A stretch of 43,564 nt of DNA, taken from positions 1-43,564 of the forward strand of contig JAVCCJ010000058.1 of the NCBI GenBank assembly GCA_030765585.1. The letters are read 5' to 3'. A program made the translations under genes and the position numbers. The notes under the pieces were generated by a model, which saw only the letters and a program-made list of their open reading frames with translations, did not search any database and had not been told where the DNA came from. The first letter of the stretch is position 1, and the number at the start of each line of letters is the position of its first letter. The DNA is from Candidatus Zapsychrus exili (lineage in GTDB: Bacteria > Omnitrophota > Gorgyraeia > Zapsychrales > Zapsychraceae). Shown piece by piece: positions 1 through 9,828 of this stretch.

Positions 1-957
1 ACCTATTTTCTCTGCTGATTGGGCTACTTCATCTATTTTTGCTATACATGGATTTGCGTTTGGCTCAATTATATAAACCTTTCCTTCAGATGTCACTCTT
101 ATATCAAAGCGTAAATAGCTTTTAACATTAAGTGCTCTATACGCACGTTTACATATATCCTTAATTTCGTCAAAAACCCCATCAGCTAATTTTGAAGCAT
201 AAACACTTTTGATACCCCACTTGTCCCGATAGTTATCATCCCATTTAGCCTTATAAGTTGCAATACGAGAATCTTCTGGGAGCTCCCCAAACTTCATTTC
301 TCTTGGAGGCAACACAGTAAGCTTCTTATTTCCCATAACAGTAATATACAGCTCTCTTCCTTCGATATATTCTTCAGCTATCGCATCCATATTCATATTT
401 TCATGTATAAACTTTACTCTTTGTAAAAATGCATCTTCAGTCTCGACTATAGATGCCTGAGAAATTCCACGAGAAGCTTCTTCACATAATGGCTTTATTA
501 TAAGAGGCAATTTTAATTTCTTTGGTAACCAAAGTCTTCTTCCTCTATAAAAAGCATAAAAATTAGGAATTTTTATCTTATGGAAACTTAATATTTTTTT
601 TGTCAAACCCTTATTATTACAAACAAAAATGTTTTCTGAAGTTGCTCCGGTGTAAGGAATTTCCAGCATCTCTAAAAGCGCTGCTACATTCTTTTCAAAA
701 TAAGACCTATCATTAAATACTTCAGCTAAATTAAAAATTACATCAGGCCTATTTTCTTTTATTTCTTCGAACAAAGGATTAATTGTATTACATATACCCA
801 AAAGACTTATCTCATAGCCATTGCTCTTAAGAGCATCATATACATCATTTTCCGTATACATATTATCAGAATCAGCAAACTCTTCTTTATAATCATAGCC
901 ACGTGGCTTGTTATATGGACTGCTAAAAAGCATCAGAACTTTAAGTTTTTTACGCAT
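1..957 (-). CDS. ATP-grasp ligase, D-Ala-D-Ala ligase-like (3'-truncated by window edge)
   Basis: Not in ORF track. Manual translation from ATG at 957: MRKKLKVLMLF...PDVIFNLAE...LEIPYTG...NKGLTKKIL...LPLIIKPLCEEASRGIS...IAEEYIEGRELY...RFDIRV...YIIEPNANP. Overlaps the upstream stop codon. Confidence 0.88.
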   Translation of the reverse strand, partial: MRKKLKVLMLFSSPYNKPRGYDYKEEFADSDNMYTENDVYDALKSNGYEISLLGICNTINPLFEEIKENRPDVIFNLAEVFNDRSYFEKNVAALLEMLEIPYTGATSENIFVCNNKGLTKKILSFHKIKIPNFYAFYRGRRLWLPKKLKLPLIIKPLCEEASRGISQASIVETEDAFLQRVKFIHENMNMDAIAEEYIEGRELYITVMGNKKLTVLPPREMKFGELPEDSRIATYKAKWDDNYRDKWGIKSVYASKLADGVFDEIKDICKRAYRALNVKSYLRFDIRVTSEGKVYIIEPNANPCIAKIDEVAQSAEKIG

Positions 958-2014
958 CAATTTTACCTTTTTTCTTTTTCTTATCCCCTCTAAAACTTCC
1001 TGTATACAAATAATTCATAATCAAAGCAGATGTATACACCGACAAGTTCATCGCAATTACAAAATCATCTTGCACTGAAACAAGATTTAATTCTTTACTT
1101 CTTTTTTGTATATCTTTTAAAAAGTCATTTATTACATATTTTTTCTCTCCTGAATATTTTGAAACACTATTTAATACGCTTGTTCTATATTTCCTTATAA
1201 CATCCCTTGCTTTTATACTTTTCTTATTCTCTTTTGTTTGATCTGCAAAATTCTTTCTTAAAAAATCATCATGGAAATCTGGAAATTCTTCCTCCCAAGA
1301 ATGTCTCTTGCGCTTATAATGATTCTTTAATGTTGAACGTAGAGTTGATAAACTCCAATACTTATTGCTACTTTTAACCATGGTCTCTTTTTCACTTAGC
1401 TCATCCATCAGGGAATCAACGTATTTTATTTTTTTTAAAGCACCCCATCCCTTATAATGCATTCTCCAATCTAAATGAGGAGTAAGCCAAACAGCAAAAG
1501 TTTCAACAAAATCCTCATCAGGATGATATTGCGCATAGTAGCCATCTAAGTGTTGTACATAATTTTTACTATACGGTCTATATTTGTACGTGTCCTTATA
1601 TTCTTTATCTGACGGACCAAAAAGTCTTTGCCATATTTTTCTTTTATGGAGCTTATATGCATGAGAAATAGCATGACCTGCTTCATGTCTTAAAAGTTTC
1701 ATGCACCATTGTTTTATTCCGCCTTCTACTTCTAACATAAACTTCTTCTCAAGCTTCATAAGAGATGGATGTGCCAAATAAAATGGAATACCTATGCATG
1801 TTTCACCCTCTGGAGTCAGCCATTCATCCGCCAAATAACATTTTGGCCTAAAAGATATGCCCTTATTTTCCAGTTCTTTATATAATTCATCTATACATTC
1901 CTCTAGCCACGTACCTTCTATTCTTATTGGAAGATCGCATATGCGAAGATCTAACAATTCTTCTTCTAATATTATATCTAAATTAATTTTATTTTTTTTT
2001 GCTTTTAAAATCAT
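950..2014 (-). CDS. putative zinc-binding metallopeptidase (Peptidase_Mx-like)
   Basis: HEAGH zincin motif plus YAQYHPDEDFVETFAVWL. Confidence 0.8.
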   Translation of the reverse strand: MILKAKKNKINLDIILEEELLDLRICDLPIRIEGTWLEECIDELYKELENKGISFRPKCYLADEWLTPEGETCIGIPFYLAHPSLMKLEKKFMLEVEGGIKQWCMKLLRHEAGHAISHAYKLHKRKIWQRLFGPSDKEYKDTYKYRPYSKNYVQHLDGYYAQYHPDEDFVETFAVWLTPHLDWRMHYKGWGALKKIKYVDSLMDELSEKETMVKSSNKYWSLSTLRSTLKNHYKRKRHSWEEEFPDFHDDFLRKNFADQTKENKKSIKARDVIRKYRTSVLNSVSKYSGEKKYVINDFLKDIQKRSKELNLVSVQDDFVIAMNLSVYTSALIMNYLYTGSFRGDKKKKKGKIDA

Positions 2015-2247
2015 TTTACTTTTTCTTTTAAAACCTTTTTATAATCACCTGTCCTATTACAGACAATACCGTAATCGCAATAAAATGTTCCAAATTTTGA
2101 CATAAATTTAATAGCACAACTTGCATTTTCAACAACTAAATCATATTTTTCTAGCTTTAAATATATTTAAGGAAAAGAATAATAATTGATTTCTTATTCG
2201 TAATTAATTAAATCAAAAAATAATATCAGGAAGGAATTTAATTTTTT

Positions 2248-2763
2248 TTAGTATAAATAACTTTCTAACTGAGACCAGGTCTTTTTACCGACAATACCAT
2301 CGCTTTTAAGCCCATGATCACTTTGAAAATCTTTTATAGCCTGCTTAGTTTGTGTTCCGATATTTCCGTCTATTGTTCCATAATAATATCCTGCATTTTG
2401 CAATGCTTTTTGAATATCTTTAAGACTAGCCGTAACAAGAACAATGCCTTTCTTTGTTGGCTCTTTCTTGAAGCTTTCGTAAGAAGTCGATACCTCTACA
2501 ACTGTTGGTTTTTCAATAGAAACTTTATCTTTTTTAGGTAACTCTTCTTTTTTGCTAACACCAGCTTTAACTCTAAGTTCTTCAACAATATCTTTCAACT
2601 CATCTATTTCTCTATCTTTCTCTTGAAGCTCACCTTCTATCGCAACAATCCTTCTCTGTATCTTAGGCAAATAATAAACGCTCTCCGCATTTTGCTGTGT
2701 AGTAGTAAAGCAACCCGAAAAAGACAACACAATGATAAAACATAAAAATAATCTCAAAAACAC
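2248..2763 (-). CDS. lipoprotein with coiled coil and C-terminal peptidoglycan-binding domain
   Basis: Lipobox FSGC; IQKALQNAGYY.GTIDG.IG.QT..AIKDFQ..HGL..DGIVGKKTW. Confidence 0.85.
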   Translation of the reverse strand: MFLRLFLCFIIVLSFSGCFTTTQQNAESVYYLPKIQRRIVAIEGELQEKDREIDELKDIVEELRVKAGVSKKEELPKKDKVSIEKPTVVEVSTSYESFKKEPTKKGIVLVTASLKDIQKALQNAGYYYGTIDGNIGTQTKQAIKDFQSDHGLKSDGIVGKKTWSQLESYLY

Positions 2764-2774
2764 CCATACCTCCT

Positions 2775-3473
2775 CTATTCTAAATCTTTGACTTTCATAA
2801 GCTCAATTAAAATTTTTTCTATTATATTTGGATACCTTTTGTGAAACATTTCTATACCTTCTTTTTCTTCATCAAGTATTTCTATAACATATTCAAAACC
2901 AGGTCTTATAACAGGGACACCTCCGAGTTTTATTTTTTCTTTAGTGCCTAAGACATTTAAAGTTCCTATATATGTAATTTTATTTGGTGTAACCTTAAAA
3001 CCTACATCAATAAGCTCTGTGGCCATTGTTGATCCAATAGGAATCGAAATAGATGAAATGCTATATTCTCCTACTGGAAGCTCTACATAAAAATATCCAG
3101 GCTTAACGGTTTTTACATCCCAAGGGAATGGTGTCTCTTTTTCTTTATCTCCCCCTATGTAAAGTTGAAATCTTTTTTTTTCATCTTCTGTATTTTGAAA
3201 AAGCAACTTAACAAAACTCGCTTTTAATACTCCTTGAAAATTAGTCTTACCAAAAACAATTCCTCTTTGTTCTTTGTATTCCTCTATTTTTTCATCTTTG
3301 ACATTTTCAAGTTCAGCGGAAGCTTGCACCTCTTCCTTATCTAGTTTAATGTTTTTTTGATCTTCTTCAATTATAGATTCCTGAACAACTTTATAGGCAG
3401 GAGTTGTTTTATTCAAAGAAGCGCAACCAGATATAAATACAAGTACAACTAAGAATATTAGAGTTCTTTTCAT
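2775..3473 (-). CDS. hypothetical lipoprotein
   Basis: Signal peptide with lipobox ISGC; beta-rich body; GGAGG between this gene and the next. Confidence 0.7.
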   Translation of the reverse strand: MKRTLIFLVVLVFISGCASLNKTTPAYKVVQESIIEEDQKNIKLDKEEVQASAELENVKDEKIEEYKEQRGIVFGKTNFQGVLKASFVKLLFQNTEDEKKRFQLYIGGDKEKETPFPWDVKTVKPGYFYVELPVGEYSISSISIPIGSTMATELIDVGFKVTPNKITYIGTLNVLGTKEKIKLGGVPVIRPGFEYVIEILDEEKEGIEMFHKRYPNIIEKILIELMKVKDLE

Positions 3474-3603
3474 AATTATAAAAATTAAATTTATCTTAAT
3501 AGAAAGATATATATTATTAGGATTTAGCTAAAAAATAGAAATATTAAATTTTAAGCTTATTTAGCTTAACAAATAAGAGGGTGTTTTTGCAAGCAAATTA
3601 AAT

Positions 3604-3641
3604 AAAAAAATGGCGTAAGGTTTATCAAGCCTTACGCCATT
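3604..3641 (-). terminator. intrinsic terminator
   Basis: ATGGCGTAAGG...CCTTACGCCAT stem, followed by a T7 run on the minus strand. Confidence 0.8.
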
Positions 3642-3671
3642 CATAAGTAAACGCGCTTAAAGCGCATCTAC

Positions 3672-4073
3672 TCAAGTCAGAATCGCTGACTTTTTGGGGG
3701 AGAAGATATTCTTTTTCCAGAAAATCTGTATATTTAAAGTGTGCTGAAAGCTCACATTTAAAACCACTCTATTGTGTGTCATATAGAAATCCCCTACGCA
3801 ACGTAAATTAACTCTTTCTATTTGCTTTTTTGTATCAAATGACTTTGTTATATATATTTGAGGTGTATCCGTTTGTCCCTCTATCTTCTTTGTTTCAGAT
3901 ACATTGTATAAAAACCCCTTACGAACATGAGTAATGCACTCTTTATCTTCCATTTTCTGGATTATAGAAAGCTCTTTTGTTCCTTTTTCATAATTTTTCT
4001 TTTTTCTAAATATTACTCTTTTCATCTCTTTATCCCCTGTGTTTATTATCTCTTTATAGTAAAAGTATATCAT
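3672..4073 (-). CDS. hypothetical basic protein (alternative start 4025)
   Basis: ORF with GGGG(A)-type RBS before both ATGs and a downstream terminator; no recognised motif. Confidence 0.6.
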   Translation of the reverse strand: MIYFYYKEIINTGDKEMKRVIFRKKKNYEKGTKELSIIQKMEDKECITHVRKGFLYNVSETKKIEGQTDTPQIYITKSFDTKKQIERVNLRCVGDFYMTHNRVVLNVSFQHTLNIQIFWKKNIFSPKKSAILT

Positions 4074-4224
4074 CTGTCACTCCCCTAACAAGACGATACG
4101 GCGTATAATAGGAAACCGCTTTCTTTATAAAGTCTCCGACGATAAACTAAAGAGTTGGATATAAAGCTTAAATAAAAAGATTCTATTTTAAACTAACAAA
4201 AGGTAAGAATTTGGGACATCTAGA

Positions 4225-4869
4225 CTAGCTTTTAGAAGGATTCTGACCTCTTTTTCTCCTAAAATGAAGAGGTACTCGAGGTTCTTCTTTGGCAAGAAGC
4301 CTCTTTATATTAGCTTTATGTCGTATTACTACAAATACGCAAAAAGCAACACCAAGCAATTCTATTTGAAAAGGCTGGTCTGTTAAAAGCATGTAGATTG
4401 GCAGAGATATAGCAGCTATTATTGAAGAAAATGACACAAATCTCGTAATAAGAAAGATTGTTATCCAGGTAAGCAATGTAAGTCCCAAAACAGGCCTTAT
4501 TGTTGAAACTTTTATCGTAAGACCTATAAGTACTCCTAAACTTGTAGCAACGCCTTTTCCGCCCTTAAATTGAAGAAAACATGTCCAATTGTGACCAATT
4601 ACAACAAATATAGCCGCTATTATGCGCATAATTACCTGAGGAATGCCTAAAATATCGGGAATAAGAGCAACAACAAATACGCCCTTAAATATGTCCAGCA
4701 AAAGAACAATTGAACCTGGCCCTTTCCCTAGCACTCTAAAAACATTTGTTGCTCCTATGTTACCAGAGCCATGCTGACGTATATCGATATTTTTATACAT
4801 TTTGCCAAAAATATACGCACTAGGAATAGAACCTATTAAATAGCTTAAAATTATATTAAAGACAATCAC
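4225..4869 (-). CDS. plsY: glycerol-3-phosphate acyltransferase
   Basis: YLIGSIP, DIRQHGSGNIGATNVFR, GHNW..F..FKGGKGVAT, RHKANIKRL. Confidence 0.96.
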   Translation of the reverse strand: MIVFNIILSYLIGSIPSAYIFGKMYKNIDIRQHGSGNIGATNVFRVLGKGPGSIVLLLDIFKGVFVVALIPDILGIPQVIMRIIAAIFVVIGHNWTCFLQFKGGKGVATSLGVLIGLTIKVSTIRPVLGLTLLTWITIFLITRFVSFSSIIAAISLPIYMLLTDQPFQIELLGVAFCVFVVIRHKANIKRLLAKEEPRVPLHFRRKRGQNPSKS

Positions 4870-5432
4870 AATCTTCCTCCAGCGTTAATCAATTTAATGC
4901 CCTTTCTAATATAATCAATTCCAGATATAACTATAAAAAACAACATAACATACCAAACTACAAAAGAAAAAGACCATTGAAGTAATATGCTTATAATAGC
5001 CAATATTTCTACAAATGTTGTTGCCTTGCCCCAAATTGTTGGCTCAACCTCTAATCTGCCATTTACCACATAAAGTATCATTGCTCCAAGTATGAGTATT
5101 ATGTCTCTGCTTATTACTGCAATCACAACCCAACCAGGAAATCTTATAACATCAGCCCAAAAATTACCTTTATAGAAAAGACATACAAAAGCGCTTATCA
5201 AAAGAAATTTATCTGCTAAAGGATCTAAAATTGCTCCTGCTTTTGTCTTTTGGTTTCTTGTTCTTGCAATATATCCATCAAAGACATCCGAAATTACTGC
5301 AAATAAGAAAACTCCCAACGACACAAAACGTAAAAAATCATTTTGTTTAGAATAATAAAGAACAGTTCCTATAAAAATAGGCACTGCAATAATTCTTGCA
5401 ATTGTAATTTTATTAGCAAAATTTAATGACAC
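4866..5432 (-). CDS. pgsA: CDP-alcohol phosphatidyltransferase (PgsA-like)
   Basis: ANKITIAR, SDVFDGYIAR...GAILDPLADK; GTG start at 5432 after GGAGG. Confidence 0.85.
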   Translation of the reverse strand: MSLNFANKITIARIIAVPIFIGTVLYYSKQNDFLRFVSLGVFLFAVISDVFDGYIARTRNQKTKAGAILDPLADKFLLISAFVCLFYKGNFWADVIRFPGWVVIAVISRDIILILGAMILYVVNGRLEVEPTIWGKATTFVEILAIISILLQWSFSFVVWYVMLFFIVISGIDYIRKGIKLINAGGRL

Positions 5433-5812
5433 TAATCCTCCACCCATTCCAATCTAACACCTGTATCTGGGCAAATCTCTAAATGAGAAGCATAACGCTT
5501 ACCTGTAGCCGGAGAATACTTAAAACGTAACACTTGTCCATCTTTAGAATTTGTAATTGACTCTATCGCAGATTTTGCCTGCTCATCGTTTCTGACATCG
5601 CTTGCTATTTTTCTTAATTCTTCATCATCTACTACGTCTCCCTTTAACGCTTCTGCTACAGACAAAAGAGCAGTCGAGACATCTTCTGCTGTTTCTTCAT
5701 CACTTCTATTTATAATGGATGTTTTATTATTTTTTACAGAAGCTGTTTGGCATCCGATAAAACAAAAAATAATAAGGAAGAAAAAAAATGCTTTTTTCAT
5801 AGAATGTTTCAA
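5432..5812 (-). CDS. hypothetical lipoprotein with degenerate C-terminal zinc-ribbon-like motif
   Basis: Lipobox FIGC; KYSPATGKRY...CPDTG. Confidence 0.7.
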   Translation of the reverse strand: MKHSMKKAFFFFLIIFCFIGCQTASVKNNKTSIINRSDEETAEDVSTALLSVAEALKGDVVDDEELRKIASDVRNDEQAKSAIESITNSKDGQVLRFKYSPATGKRYASHLEICPDTGVRLEWVED

Positions 5813-6393
5813 TGAAGTGTTTTTATTCTATTAGGTGGCCAGTAGATAAATTCAGCACAGCCAACAATATTTTTAATAGGAACAAATCCCCAATACCTGC
5901 TATCATGACTTGATGCACTATTATCTCCTAAAACAAACACGTATCCTTCTGGTACCATCACTTTATTTCTTGCTAAGCCGTATTGACCTCGGTTGTAATA
6001 ATATATATCTTTTATTTTTGAATTTAATATAAGCTCACCGTCAATATATATATCACCATTTCTTATTTCAACAGTTTCGTTTTCAAACGCTATCAATCTT
6101 TTTATGAAGTCTTTCTTTGGGTCATCAGGAAATTCAAATACAATTATATCGCCTCTTTTCGGCTCTGAAAATCCTAAGATACGCTTTCTTGTGATAGGGA
6201 TATTCGGTCCATATCTGAGCTTATTAACCATAAGCCTGTCTCCCTCAATCAAAATTGTGCGCATTGATCCGCTTGGTATTTTAAAAGCCTGAATAAAAAA
6301 CGTACGAATAAACATAGCTAGCACAAATGCTATTAAAATAGACTCCGCCCATTCACGTATTGCTGGTTTATTTTTTTCTATCCAATTTCTCAT
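5809..6393 (-). CDS. lepB: signal peptidase I
   Basis: FKIPSGSM, FIKRLIA, GDNSASSHDSRYWG; start trimmed to ATG 6393. Confidence 0.95.
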   Translation of the reverse strand: MRNWIEKNKPAIREWAESILIAFVLAMFIRTFFIQAFKIPSGSMRTILIEGDRLMVNKLRYGPNIPITRKRILGFSEPKRGDIIVFEFPDDPKKDFIKRLIAFENETVEIRNGDIYIDGELILNSKIKDIYYYNRGQYGLARNKVMVPEGYVFVLGDNSASSHDSRYWGFVPIKNIVGCAEFIYWPPNRIKTLH

Positions 6394-6445
6394 ATTTAAA
6401 TTATAAATTAAAGTCCACGTTTTACAAACAAACTTTATTTTTTGT

Positions 6446-8236
6446 TTAAAGTTTAAGTGCTGCTGAAAAAGCTTCCTGCGGTATTTCAACATTACCTATT
6501 TGTTTTAATTTTTTCTTACCTTCTTTTTGTTTTTCCCATAGCTTTCTTTTTCTCGTAATATCTCCACCATAACATTTAGCTGTTACGTTTTTGCCAACTG
6601 ACTTTACTCTAGCACTTGATATAATGCGACCGTCGCATGTTGCTTGTATTCGTATTTCAAATAATTGTTGTGGAATAAGCTCTTTAAGCTTTGTAACTAA
6701 TGCTAATCCCTTTTCGTATGCATTATCTTTATGTATTAAAAAAGAAAACGCATCACAAACCTTATCATTAATTAAGATATCAAGCTTGGATATCTTAGTT
6801 GGTAAATATCCTTTAAATTTATAATCTATAGAACCATATCCGCGAGTTATTGATTTTACCGTATCATTAAAATCAACGATAACCTCAGAAAGCGGAATAT
6901 CAAAAATGATTTTCATTCTATCTGACACATATTCACTTGATACAAATATCCCTCTTTTTCTTTTACTTAATTCCATTACTCCATCCATATGCTCGACAGG
7001 AGTGAATATTGATACGGTCAGATACGGCTCTTTGGCTTCTTTTATAATAGAACCATCTGGCAGTTCTGCAGGATTTTCTAAATCTATAATTTCGCCATCT
7101 TTTTTCTCTATCTGAAACCGAACATTAGGCGTAGTTAGAATAAGATTTAAATCATATTCTCTCTGCAAACGTTCTTGCACTATATCCATATGAAGCAAAC
7201 CTAAAAAGCCACACCTAAAACCATTACCAAAAGATTGGGATGTCTCTGGTTCAAAAACAAAACTAGGATCACTCAAACGTAATTTATCAATTGCTTCTCT
7301 TAAGTCCATAAAATCTTTTGTATTAACAGGATAAACTCCGCAAAATACAAGAGGATTTAAACGCCTATATCCTTCTAGCGGCGCGTGACAAGGCCTTGCG
7401 CTTTCGGTAATAGTATCTCCGACTCTAATTTCTTTTGGTTCATGAATATTGCATGTTATGTATCCTACTTCTCCAGCTGTCAGCTGTTTTACTTTAATTG
7501 CTTCAGGAGCAAAAATACCAATCTCTTCGACATTATGCTCTTTATTCATATGCATCATTTTTATTCGAGTATTTCCTTTTATCGTACCATTAACAATACG
7601 AACATAAACTATAATACCTTTATATATATCATATTTCATATCAAAAATAAGGGCGGAAAGTGGCTCATTGTCATCACCTTCTGGATACGGCATAAACTTT
7701 ACAACTTTTTCAAATAATTCTTTTATTCCAATGCCTTCCTTTGCAGATACGCATTGTATATCTTGGTCATCAAAATTTAACATCTCCATCAATTGAAGCT
7801 TGGCATGATCTAAATCAATAGTCGATATATCAATTTTATTTAAAACAGGTAAGATTTCTAAATTATTATCAATTGCTAAATAAAAATTAGCAACTGTTTG
7901 TGACTCTACTCCCTGAGAAGAATCTACAACCAACAAAGCACCCTCACAAGCTCTTAAAGACTTTTCTACCTCATAAGAAAAGTCAACATGACCTGGAGTA
8001 TCAATCAAATTAAATAAATATTCTTTGCCATCATCAGCTTTATATTTAAGACGAACAGCAGAAGCTTTAATGGTAATACCGCGCTCACGCTCTAAATCCA
8101 TATCATCTAAAAGTTGATTCTTAAATTTTCTCTCATCAATTGCTCCTGCAAAAAGCAAAAACCTATCAGCCAAAGTAGACTTGCCATGATCAATATGGGC
8201 AATTATAGAAAAGTTTCTAATTAATTTTTTATCCAT
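6446..8236 (-). CDS. lepA: elongation factor 4
   Basis: IRNFSIIAHIDHGKSTLADR, GFRCGFLGLLH, KCYGGDITRKRKL. Confidence 0.99.
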   Translation of the reverse strand: MDKKLIRNFSIIAHIDHGKSTLADRFLLFAGAIDERKFKNQLLDDMDLERERGITIKASAVRLKYKADDGKEYLFNLIDTPGHVDFSYEVEKSLRACEGALLVVDSSQGVESQTVANFYLAIDNNLEILPVLNKIDISTIDLDHAKLQLMEMLNFDDQDIQCVSAKEGIGIKELFEKVVKFMPYPEGDDNEPLSALIFDMKYDIYKGIIVYVRIVNGTIKGNTRIKMMHMNKEHNVEEIGIFAPEAIKVKQLTAGEVGYITCNIHEPKEIRVGDTITESARPCHAPLEGYRRLNPLVFCGVYPVNTKDFMDLREAIDKLRLSDPSFVFEPETSQSFGNGFRCGFLGLLHMDIVQERLQREYDLNLILTTPNVRFQIEKKDGEIIDLENPAELPDGSIIKEAKEPYLTVSIFTPVEHMDGVMELSKRKRGIFVSSEYVSDRMKIIFDIPLSEVIVDFNDTVKSITRGYGSIDYKFKGYLPTKISKLDILINDKVCDAFSFLIHKDNAYEKGLALVTKLKELIPQQLFEIRIQATCDGRIISSARVKSVGKNVTAKCYGGDITRKRKLWEKQKEGKKKLKQIGNVEIPQEAFSAALKL

Positions 8237-8263
8237 TTTATTAAAAAAATAAGATAGAGATTA

Positions 8264-8297
8264 CCTCTACTCTCTACCCTCTATTTTTATCCTCTAT
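8264..8297. repeat. heptamer tandem repeat (CCTCTAY)
   Basis: CCTCTAC TCTCTAC CCTCTAT ttttat CCTCTAT between cmk and lepA. Confidence 0.5.
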
Positions 8298-8299
8298 AT

Positions 8300-8986
8300 T
8301 TATTGATTAATGTATCCAAGCATCTTATTAACTACTTCTTCAATAGATAAATCCGTAGAATCTATAACAATCGCATCTTCTGCTTTTTTTAAAGCTCCAA
8401 CTTCTCTTGTTAAATCTTTATTATCACGATCCTTAACTTCTTCTAAAAGCTTTACAGGATCTACCTGATTTTGCTTTGCTTGCCACTCTTTGAATCGTCT
8501 TTTAGCTCGTTCGTCAACATTGCCATCAAGATAAAACTTTTTAAATGCATTTGGAAAAACAACTGTTGTTACATCACGACCTTCAACAACAACGCTTTTT
8601 GTATTCCCAATATCTTTCTGCAAAGAAACCATAACTTCACGAACTTTAGGAACACGTGCAATATAAAATGTATTATTTGTGACCTCTAAAGTTCTTATCT
8701 CCTGAGTTACGTCTTCTCTATCTAAAAATACTTTAGATGACTGACCTCCACCCTCTAAATCAATTTTAGTATTGTTAGCCAATTTAGCTAAATCTTCTTC
8801 GTTTTCTAAATTAACTCCAAGACGTAGAGCTTTAAGCGTAATTGCCCTATACATTGCACCAGTATCTAAATATGAAAACCCTAAAAGATCTGCCAGCCTC
8901 TTTGCAACCGTACTTTTTCCAGCACCTGCAGGACCATCAATAGCAATAACTTTTATATTTTTACAATTATCCTTGTTGCAATGCAT
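8300..8986 (-). CDS. cmk: cytidylate kinase
   Basis: IAIDGPAGAGKST, YLDTGAMYRA, VVEGRD. Confidence 0.97.
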   Translation of the reverse strand: MHCNKDNCKNIKVIAIDGPAGAGKSTVAKRLADLLGFSYLDTGAMYRAITLKALRLGVNLENEEDLAKLANNTKIDLEGGGQSSKVFLDREDVTQEIRTLEVTNNTFYIARVPKVREVMVSLQKDIGNTKSVVVEGRDVTTVVFPNAFKKFYLDGNVDERAKRRFKEWQAKQNQVDPVKLLEEVKDRDNKDLTREVGALKKAEDAIVIDSTDLSIEEVVNKMLGYINQ

Positions 8987-9827
8987 CTCTTTTTTCTTTT
9001 GCTCTAGTAAAATATTCGGTTACTTTTTTTTGATTACGACTAATAATAGCTGCTCTAAAATCAGAAAGCGATTTAACAAGCTCATCGAGGGATTTTATAA
9101 CATTCTTGTCATTAGATAAACAAATATCATTCCACATCTGTGGAGATGATGCTGCAACTCTAGTTGTATCGCGAAGCCCACTTGACGCATATTGTAAGAA
9201 TTCCTTAGGTACTGTGTTTATCAAGCCAGAAGCAACCAAATGAGGCAAATGACTAATATAAGAAAGAATTGTATCATGCTCGTCAGGAGGCAAATATTTA
9301 ACTTTTGCTCCAATTTTAGTCCATAAAGACTTAACTCTTTCCTTCGCACCTTTATTTGTTTTATCAACAGGAGTCATTATACACAAGGAGTCGTTGTATA
9401 AGTCTGCTGTAGCATAATCTACTCCTTTTTTCTCAGAACCTACTATGGGATGAGATCCGACAAAACAATTAGTAGATGTTAATAATTTATCAGATGCAGC
9501 TACTATACTTGCTTTTACAGATCCAATATCAGTTACAATACAGTTTCTTTTAATATAAGGATTCACTGCTGACATTAATTTTATGATAGATTCAACAGGA
9601 GCCGCTAAAACAACTAGGTCTGCATTATTCACTGCTTTTTTAACATCTAGATAACCTACATCAATTGCTTTTTTCTTTATTGCAGTTACTATTGTTGATT
9701 GTTTTTTAGATAAGCCTACTACTTCTTTTGCCAATTTGTTCTTTTTTATAGCCATTCCCAATGAACCGCCCATCAATCCAACACCAACAATTGTGACCTT
9801 CCTAAACAAGCGAGTGTTTAAAATCAT
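8967..9827 (-). CDS. tyrA: prephenate/arogenate dehydrogenase
   Basis: GVGLMGGS, HPIVGSEKKG, SHLPHL, RDTTRVA. Confidence 0.93.
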   Translation of the reverse strand: MILNTRLFRKVTIVGVGLMGGSLGMAIKKNKLAKEVVGLSKKQSTIVTAIKKKAIDVGYLDVKKAVNNADLVVLAAPVESIIKLMSAVNPYIKRNCIVTDIGSVKASIVAASDKLLTSTNCFVGSHPIVGSEKKGVDYATADLYNDSLCIMTPVDKTNKGAKERVKSLWTKIGAKVKYLPPDEHDTILSYISHLPHLVASGLINTVPKEFLQYASSGLRDTTRVAASSPQMWNDICLSNDKNVIKSLDELVKSLSDFRAAIISRNQKKVTEYFTRAKEKRDALQQG

Positions 9828-9828
9828 A

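Noticed and set aside
4074..4200. Possible riboswitch upstream of the orphan ORF
   Set aside because: No recognisable c-di-GMP, SAM, TPP or other consensus by eye
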